This document shows positions 1 to 3,795 of a stretch of 3,795 nucleotides of DNA, one piece after another. Location: sequence record AF151675.1, one strand, 5' to 3'. The translations under genes and the position numbers were made by a program. Position 1 is the first letter of the stretch; each line of letters begins with the position of its first letter. This DNA is from Enterobacteria phage P-EibD. Below the pieces are notes generated by a model, which worked only from the letters and a program-made list of their open reading frames with translations, had not been told where the DNA came from and searched no databases.

Positions 1-23
1 GCGCGCATACTGACAGACAGGAG

Positions 24-611
24 ATGAACATGAATGTGGAAAAAATAAGCAATCCGCAATGGGCAGATAAAGAGCACACTGCTGTCAATTGCATGGTGAA
101 GTTTGAGCACATTGAGCAGGCGGTTCCTTTCACTGCAACAGCCAGCGATACCGAAGCATACGGGCGGGATATTTATGCCGCTTGTCTGAGAGGAGAGGCC
201 GGTGAAATTGCAGAATATGCACAGCCATCCATCAGCCCGGAAAAAGCCAGAGAACTCAAAACCGCCGGGATCAACGCCTGGCGTAATGCGATGGAAGCGG
301 CGAACTACACGTTTGAGCACAATGGGCGTAAATGGGACTACGGGAAGTCAACGCAGACGCGTCTTGAGCCGTCGGTGGCGGCAGCGAAAGCGGGGAAACT
401 GCCGGAGGCGTTTTTCTGGACGGATGCGGACAATAATGACGTACCGATGGACGCTGAAACACTGATTGCTCTGAGTGCTGCTGCAGAGCAGGCGATGTTT
501 ACCAAAGGGATGGAAATCCACGTCCGGCAGCGCACCATGAAGAAAGAGCTGGAAAAGCTGACCAGTGCGGATGAGATACTGGCATACAGGGTTGGCTGGG
601 CACAGGAATAA
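24..611 (+). CDS. Hypothetical prophage-associated protein, 195 aa; possibly a tail-fibre assembly/chaperone-like protein, but this is a guess from position only
   Basis: Uninterrupted 195-codon ORF ending TAA 609-611, with enterobacterial-looking codon usage and no N-terminal signal peptide or hydrophobic segment. AGGAG at 19-23 abuts the ATG at 24 and is better spaced (6 nt) for the in-frame ATG at 30, so the true start may be 30. The ATG at 24 overlaps a TGA at 25-27 in another frame (ATGA), which may mark the end of an upstream gene. I do not recognise the protein family. Confidence 0.7.
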   Translation: MNMNVEKISNPQWADKEHTAVNCMVKFEHIEQAVPFTATASDTEAYGRDIYAACLRGEAGEIAEYAQPSISPEKARELKTAGINAWRNAMEAANYTFEHNGRKWDYGKSTQTRLEPSVAAAKAGKLPEAFFWTDADNNDVPMDAETLIALSAAAEQAMFTKGMEIHVRQRTMKKELEKLTSADEILAYRVGWAQE

Positions 612-974
612 CAGATAAAAATATGGGGGAAACATTTCTTTCCCTCATGAACTATTCCTCCTGTAAATATTTCATGTTAACTGAATAGTTAATTTTTTCT
701 GATGTTGTAATTTTGTTCACAAATTACAGTGTAAGCAGATGTGAAACAGCAAGTCTGACTGGGGTAAGTTTTTTCTGATATCTGTTCCGGCGGTGTGGTC
801 GTATGCGTGAGCAGGTATGCCCAGAATAATGTAAGACAAATCCTAAATTTATAAAATTAATTTTTAAATTTATTTTCGGAATATCCTGAAAAAAGCCGTA
901 ATTAATCAGACTTTTTTATGAGTGTGAGGTGTTGCGGCTGATTTGTATACAGATAATTTAACAGGATATCCATA
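612..974 (+). promoter_or_regulatory. AT-rich intergenic control region upstream of the adhesin gene; promoter not pinpointed
   Basis: 363 bp with no convincing ORF. Hand counts give 12 G/C in 841-900 and 14 G/C in 661-720 (20-23% GC), far below the flanking coding DNA. It contains AT-only symmetric motifs at 845-873 and an AGGA (963-966) 8 nt before the ATG at 975. I could not place -35/-10 hexamers reliably by eye. Confidence 0.5.
625..646 (+). terminator. Weak candidate hairpin downstream of the first ORF
   Basis: GGGAAA (627-632), loop CATTTC, TTTCCC (639-644), extendable by G625-C646 and a G-U pair. It is not followed by a T-run, so it is at best a weak terminator. Confidence 0.2.
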
Positions 975-1052
975 ATGAGTAAAAAGTTTACAATGACACT
1001 CCTGTCATCTTCTCTGGCCGGGCTTCTGGTGATGAGTGGTGGAGTGAGTGCG
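975..1052 (+). other. Signal peptide coding segment of the adhesin (26 aa, predicted cleavage after VSA)
   Basis: Basic n-region MSKK, hydrophobic core [16 protein letters not shown], and c-region SGGVSA with small residues at -3 and -1. Confidence 0.65.
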
Positions 1053-2510
1053 CAGAATGGTACATATTCAGTGTTGCAGGATGATTCGCAGAAGAGCGGA
1101 CCGGTTAAATATGGCAGCACCTATGAAGTTGTAAAGACAGTCGATAATGGTAACTTCAGATACGAAGTAAAAGAGAAAAAAAACGACAAGAGGACACTTT
1201 TCAAATTTGATTCAGAAGGTAATGTGACCGTTAAAGGTAAGGGTATCACCCATACACTTCATGACCCGGCGCTGAAAGATTTTGCAAGGACTGCTGAGGG
1301 TAAAAAAAATGAACAAAATGGAAATACTCCACCTCACAAGCTGACAGACAGTGCTGTTCGTGGCGTGTACAACAAGGTGTATGGCCTGGAAAAAACAGAA
1401 ATTACAGGTTTCAGCGTCGAAGATGGGGAGAATGGGAAGGTTTCTCTGGGTAGCGATGCGAAAGCCTCTGGTGAGTTCTCAGTAGCTGTTGGTAACGGTG
1501 CTAGGGCTACAGAAAAAGCGTCAACAGCAGTGGGCTCATGGGCTGCTGCGGACGGTAAACAAAGTACAGCTCTGGGAGTGGGAACATATGCTTATGCAAA
1601 TGCATCTACAGCCCTGGGAAGCGTTGCATTTGTTGATAACACGGCTACATATGGCACGGCAGCAGGTAACCGAGCCAAAGTTGATAAAGATGCAACAGAA
1701 GGTACTGCGTTAGGGGCAAAGGCAACAGTAACAAATAAAAACAGTGTTGCATTAGGTGCTAATTCTGTAACCACTCGTGATAACGAAGTTTATATTGGCT
1801 ATAAAACCGGAACCGAAAGCGATAAAACATACGGCACCCGTGTTCTTGGTGGCTTAAGCGATGGTACGCGTAACAGTGATGCGGCAACTGTTGGGCAGTT
1901 AAACCGGAAAGTTGGTGGAGTTTATGATGATGTTAAAGCCCGTATAACTGTTGAGTCAGAGAAGCAGAAAAAATACACAGACCAGAAGACCAGCGAGGTT
2001 AACGAAAAAGTTGAAGCCCGCACAACGGTTGGTGTTGATTCCGACGGAAAACTTACCCGTGCAGAAGGTGCGACTAAAACTATCGCCGTCAATGACGGTC
2101 TCGTTGCTCTGTCTGGCAGAACAGACCGTATTGATTATGCAGTTGGTGCCATTGATGGCCGTGTCACCCGTAACACGCAATCCATTGAGAAAAACAGCAA
2201 GGCGATTGCAGCCAATACCCGTACGCTGCAGCAACATTCAGCACGTCTGGACAGCCAGCAGCGCCAGATTAATGAAAACCACAAGGAAATGAAGCGTGCA
2301 GCAGCACAGTCTGCGGCCCTGACAGGTCTGTTCCAGCCGTACAGTGTGGGTAAATTCAACGCCACGGCAGCGGTTGGTGGTTACAGCGACCAGCAGGCAC
2401 TGGCAGTGGGTGTGGGTTACCGCTTCAACGAGCAGACCGCAGCGAAAGCAGGCGTGGCATTCAGTGATGGCGATGCCTCCTGGAACGTTGGTGTGAACTT
2501 CGAGTTTTAA
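975..2510 (+). CDS. eibD: Eib-family immunoglobulin-binding trimeric autotransporter adhesin (YadA-like), 511 aa; paralogue assignment eibD is tentative
   Basis: 511-codon ORF. The N-terminus [29 protein letters not shown] is a typical Sec signal peptide. Residues ~155-276 carry degenerate 14-residue SxAxG repeats typical of a YadA-like head. A neck-like motif [21 protein letters not shown] is followed by a long heptad-rich stalk (aa ~311-440). The C-terminus [15 protein letters not shown]...[34 protein letters not shown] is glycine/aromatic-rich and ends in F, as in YadA-type beta-barrel anchors. The length matches what I recall for EibD (511 aa), but I cannot distinguish EibC/D/E/G without alignment. 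Confidence 0.9.
   Translation: MSKKFTMTLLSSSLAGLLVMSGGVSAQNGTYSVLQDDSQKSGPVKYGSTYEVVKTVDNGNFRYEVKEKKNDKRTLFKFDSEGNVTVKGKGITHTLHDPALKDFARTAEGKKNEQNGNTPPHKLTDSAVRGVYNKVYGLEKTEITGFSVEDGENGKVSLGSDAKASGEFSVAVGNGARATEKASTAVGSWAAADGKQSTALGVGTYAYANASTALGSVAFVDNTATYGTAAGNRAKVDKDATEGTALGAKATVTNKNSVALGANSVTTRDNEVYIGYKTGTESDKTYGTRVLGGLSDGTRNSDAATVGQLNRKVGGVYDDVKARITVESEKQKKYTDQKTSEVNEKVEARTTVGVDSDGKLTRAEGATKTIAVNDGLVALSGRTDRIDYAVGAIDGRVTRNTQSIEKNSKAIAANTRTLQQHSARLDSQQRQINENHKEMKRAAAQSAALTGLFQPYSVGKFNATAAVGGYSDQQALAVGVGYRFNEQTAAKAGVAFSDGDASWNVGVNFEF
1437..1802 (+). repeat. Degenerate tandem repeats encoding the YadA-like head (about 14-residue SxAxG units)
   Basis: Successive units in the translation: [83 protein letters not shown]. 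Boundaries are approximate. Confidence 0.55.
2295..2510 (+). other. YadA-type C-terminal membrane anchor (translocator) coding segment
   Basis: The last ~70 residues show alternating hydrophobic/small residue beta-strand patterning and a terminal aromatic residue, consistent with the 4-strand-per-monomer anchor of trimeric autotransporters. Confidence 0.75.
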
Positions 2511-2535
2511 TTGCTGAAGGTGACATGAAGTATGA

Positions 2536-2567
2536 CGGCAGGCGCAGGACTCTGGTCTGCCGTTTTT
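2536..2567 (+). terminator. Rho-independent terminator downstream of the adhesin gene
   Basis: Stem CGGCAG (2536-2541) pairs with CTGCCG (2557-2562) around a 15-nt loop, followed directly by TTTTT (2563-2567); it lies 26 bp after the TAA stop. Confidence 0.55.
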
Positions 2568-2598
2568 CATGGGGCATAAAAAACAGGAAGGTGCTGCG

Positions 2599-3069
2599 AT
2601 GAAGGTGATTCTGGCTACCAGGAACCGCTATCTGGAGTATGGTCTGCAGGCGTTACTGAAGGGGCACAGTGTGATACTGGCGAGGGAGTTTTTCCTGCCG
2701 GAGAACCGCCGTTATATCCCGGACTTTGACGAATCCTGGCTGATAATCAGTGATGGCCTGCTGGGCAGGCTGATGCGCTGTATGTTCCAGGGGCGTCATT
2801 TTCTGCAACTGGATGCGGAGTTGCTCCGTGATGGTGAGCAGATAAGTGATGCCATACACAACGGCGTCTGGACGTATAACAGTGCTGCCCGCCCGCTGAC
2901 GATGTCAGAGATGGTGGTGATGTTCGGTTATGTCTACCGCCAGTCGAGACCCTGCCGCCTTGCCAGTGAAATGGGTATCCACACGAAGACGGTGAATACC
3001 TTTCTGTATACGGGAATGGCGAAAAACGGGCTGTATGGTGTGAGCGTCAGACGGCTTGTTGGTGCCTGA
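2599..3069 (+). CDS. LuxR-type HTH transcriptional regulator with a degenerate receiver-like N-terminus (GadE/YhiF(DctR)-like), 156 aa
   Basis: AGGAAGG at 2585-2591 sits 7 nt before the ATG at 2599. The longer ORF from ATG 2569 starts inside the upstream terminator T-tract with no SD, so 2599 is preferred. The C-terminal LTMSEMVV...LASEMGIHTKTVNTFLYTGMAKNGL fits the LuxR/FixJ HTH pattern. The N-terminal MKVILATRNRYLEYGLQALL...WLIISDG resembles the truncated receiver-like region of GadE/YhiF proteins as I recall them. Stop TGA at 3067-3069. Confidence 0.75.
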   Translation: MKVILATRNRYLEYGLQALLKGHSVILAREFFLPENRRYIPDFDESWLIISDGLLGRLMRCMFQGRHFLQLDAELLRDGEQISDAIHNGVWTYNSAARPLTMSEMVVMFGYVYRQSRPCRLASEMGIHTKTVNTFLYTGMAKNGLYGVSVRRLVGA

Positions 3070-3251
3070 TGGCGGTCCTGCCGGATGCGCAGAATCTTCT
3101 GATAGTTCAGAAGGTGCAGATGATGAATAAAGAGAGATGCCGGACAATCGGAAGAAAACGTTACACCACAGGCGCAATGTGCTTCATGCTGTTTGTGTGG
3201 CTTGGTGGTGTGCTGGCTCTTGTTGCTACAGCTGCGGTGGTAATGCAGTAA
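3069..3251 (+). CDS. Small predicted membrane protein (60 aa from ATG 3069, or 43/42 aa from ATG 3120/3123) with one C-terminal transmembrane helix
   Basis: The ATG at 3069 overlaps the regulator stop (TGATG), suggesting translational coupling. Alternatively AAGGTG (3111-3116) precedes ATG 3120/3123. A basic stretch (KERCRTIGRKRY) is followed by a ~21-residue hydrophobic segment (AMCFMLFVWLGGVLALVATAAVV). Stop TAA 3249-3251. Family not recognised. Confidence 0.4.
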   Translation: MAVLPDAQNLLIVQKVQMMNKERCRTIGRKRYTTGAMCFMLFVWLGGVLALVATAAVVMQ

Positions 3252-3275
3252 AAAAAGGGGAGCAACATGCTCCCC
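3250..3275 (-). terminator. Rho-independent terminator oriented for minus-strand transcripts (possibly bidirectional)
   Basis: Perfect 7-bp GC-rich stem GGGGAGC (3257-3263) / GCTCCCC (3269-3275) with loop AACAT. On the minus strand the hairpin is followed by seven T (complement of A 3250-3256). On the plus strand the hairpin is preceded by the A-tract and followed by GACCAGAAG, which is not U-rich. Confidence 0.6.
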
Positions 3276-3313
3276 GACCAGAAGAAAGACGTTTGATAAC
3301 AATTAGTGAGTTG

Positions 3314-3388
3314 TTACGTCTTGTCCAGAATATCATAGCAACACTCTGTTGCAGTGATACCGATCGCGATTTTAGCGAATTCCATCAT
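3314..3388 (-). CDS. Candidate small ORF (24 aa, MMEFAKIAIGITATECCYDILDKT); could instead be the body of a small RNA
   Basis: Hand translation of the minus strand gives ATG ATG at 3388-3383 preceded by GGGGA, and a TAA stop at 3316-3314. It lies 37 bp upstream (in minus-strand sense) of the minus-oriented terminator. It is very short and I found no convincing promoter. Confidence 0.2.
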   Translation of the reverse strand: MMEFAKIAIGITATECCYDILDKT

Positions 3389-3431
3389 AAATCCCCTGAT
3401 TTTTAAGCCTGAAGCAGTCAAAGGAATTTCT

Positions 3432-3795
3432 ATGCCCTATATCGATATCACCACGATGCGTGGGATGATGCCGCGCGTTGTGACATCCATGCTGCCCGAG
3501 CATTCCGCTGTACTGGCGGAGGACTGCCATTTCCGGTTTGGTGTTATTACACCAGAACGTCAGATATCCGGGGTTGAGAAAACATTCACAATTAAGCCAA
3601 AAACAATTTTTCATTACCGTGACGATTTCTGGTTTGCATGGCCGGATGTGGTGGATGTGATCCGCAGTCCGATCGCTCAGGACCCCCACGGGCGTATTTA
3701 CTACACTGACGGGCGTTTTCCTAAAGTGACGGATGCGACCATTGCCACAAAAGGGGACGGGAATCACCCGACATCATCGTATCGTCTTGGGATCC
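3432..3795 (+). CDS. Hypothetical protein, 5' partial (first 121 codons; continues beyond the window end)
   Basis: AGGA at 3422-3425 sits 6 nt before the ATG at 3432. The frame stays open to the window end (MPYIDITTMRGMMPRVVTSMLPEHSAVLAEDCHFRFGVITPERQISGVEKTFTIKPKTIFHYRDDFWFAWPDVVDVIRSPIAQDPHGRIYYTDGRFPKVTDATIATKGDGNHPTSSYRLGI), with protein-like composition and no signal peptide. The antisense 131-aa ORF (3372-3767) is Cys/His/Arg/Trp-rich and looks spurious. Family not recognised. Confidence 0.6.
   Translation, partial: MPYIDITTMRGMMPRVVTSMLPEHSAVLAEDCHFRFGVITPERQISGVEKTFTIKPKTIFHYRDDFWFAWPDVVDVIRSPIAQDPHGRIYYTDGRFPKVTDATIATKGDGNHPTSSYRLGI

Noticed and set aside
202-635. Overlapping ORFs within or antisense to the first gene (202-465 +, 271-462 -, 338-538 -, 348-635 -)
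   Set aside because: Arg/Cys/His/Pro-rich low-complexity translations typical of off-frame or antisense reading of a real gene; no independent start signals.
623-688. 21-codon ORF in the AT-rich intergenic region (MGETFLSLMNYSSCKYFMLTE)
   Set aside because: No SD, and the AT-rich context makes short ORFs expected by chance.
932-959. Candidate sigma-70 promoter TTGCGG-N16-TAATTT
   Set aside because: The implied transcription start (~966) would fall inside or after the AGGA ribosome-binding site of the adhesin gene, leaving no functional leader; the promoter is probably further upstream.
902-1120. 72-aa minus-strand ORF overlapping the adhesin start and control region
   Set aside because: Antisense to the well-supported adhesin 5' end, no SD, and improbable composition.
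1489-2570. Six internal or antisense ORFs within the adhesin gene (1489-1713 +, 1592-1774 -, 1951-2292 +, 1956-2237 -, 2135-2365 -, 2238-2570 -)
   Set aside because: All lie inside the strongly supported 511-codon adhesin ORF; the translations are Cys/Arg-rich and the last one runs through the terminator hairpin.
2569-2598. Longer N-terminal extension of the regulator starting at ATG 2569
   Set aside because: This ATG lies within or just after the terminator T-tract with no SD, whereas ATG 2599 has AGGAAGG 7 nt upstream. The extension remains possible.
2653-3302. Minus-strand ORFs antisense to the regulator and small protein (2653-2859, 2905-3177, 2934-3302)
   Set aside because: His/Cys-rich translations; the 122-aa one spans the terminator hairpin at 3257-3275, which is inconsistent with a real coding region.
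3137-3406. 89-aa plus-strand ORF overlapping the small membrane protein and the terminator
   Set aside because: Cys/His/Trp-rich, spans the hairpin, and has no start signal; probably an off-frame artefact.
3372-3767. 131-aa minus-strand ORF
   Set aside because: About 8% His and 6% Cys, which is implausible, and it is antisense to a + strand ORF with a proper SD and protein-like composition.
1-3795. Scan for tRNA/rRNA genes, CRISPR repeats, IS terminal inverted repeats and att-like direct repeats
   Set aside because: No repeat-spacer periodicity, no cloverleaf-like GC-rich segments, no transposase-like ORF and no long terminal inverted repeats were seen by eye; a proper repeat finder could still detect short att sites.

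Overview
This 3,795-bp window reads as a cargo (moron) region of an enterobacterial, most likely Escherichia coli, prophage; all supported genes are on the + strand. The central feature is a 511-codon gene for a YadA-like trimeric autotransporter adhesin whose architecture and length match the E. coli immunoglobulin-binding (Eib) family, probably eibD. It is preceded by a 195-aa hypothetical protein and a 363-bp strongly AT-rich control region, and followed by an intrinsic terminator. Downstream lie a small LuxR-type regulator of the GadE/YhiF kind, a translationally coupled small membrane protein, a terminator oriented for the minus strand, a possible 24-aa convergent ORF, and the 5' part of an unrecognised gene running off the window end. 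I see no rRNA, tRNA, CRISPR array, IS element or recognisable defence system. Nothing here is demonstrably a new system; the least-explained parts are the regulator/small-protein pair, the convergent terminator module and the final partial gene. All family assignments are from reading the translations by eye, with no database search run.
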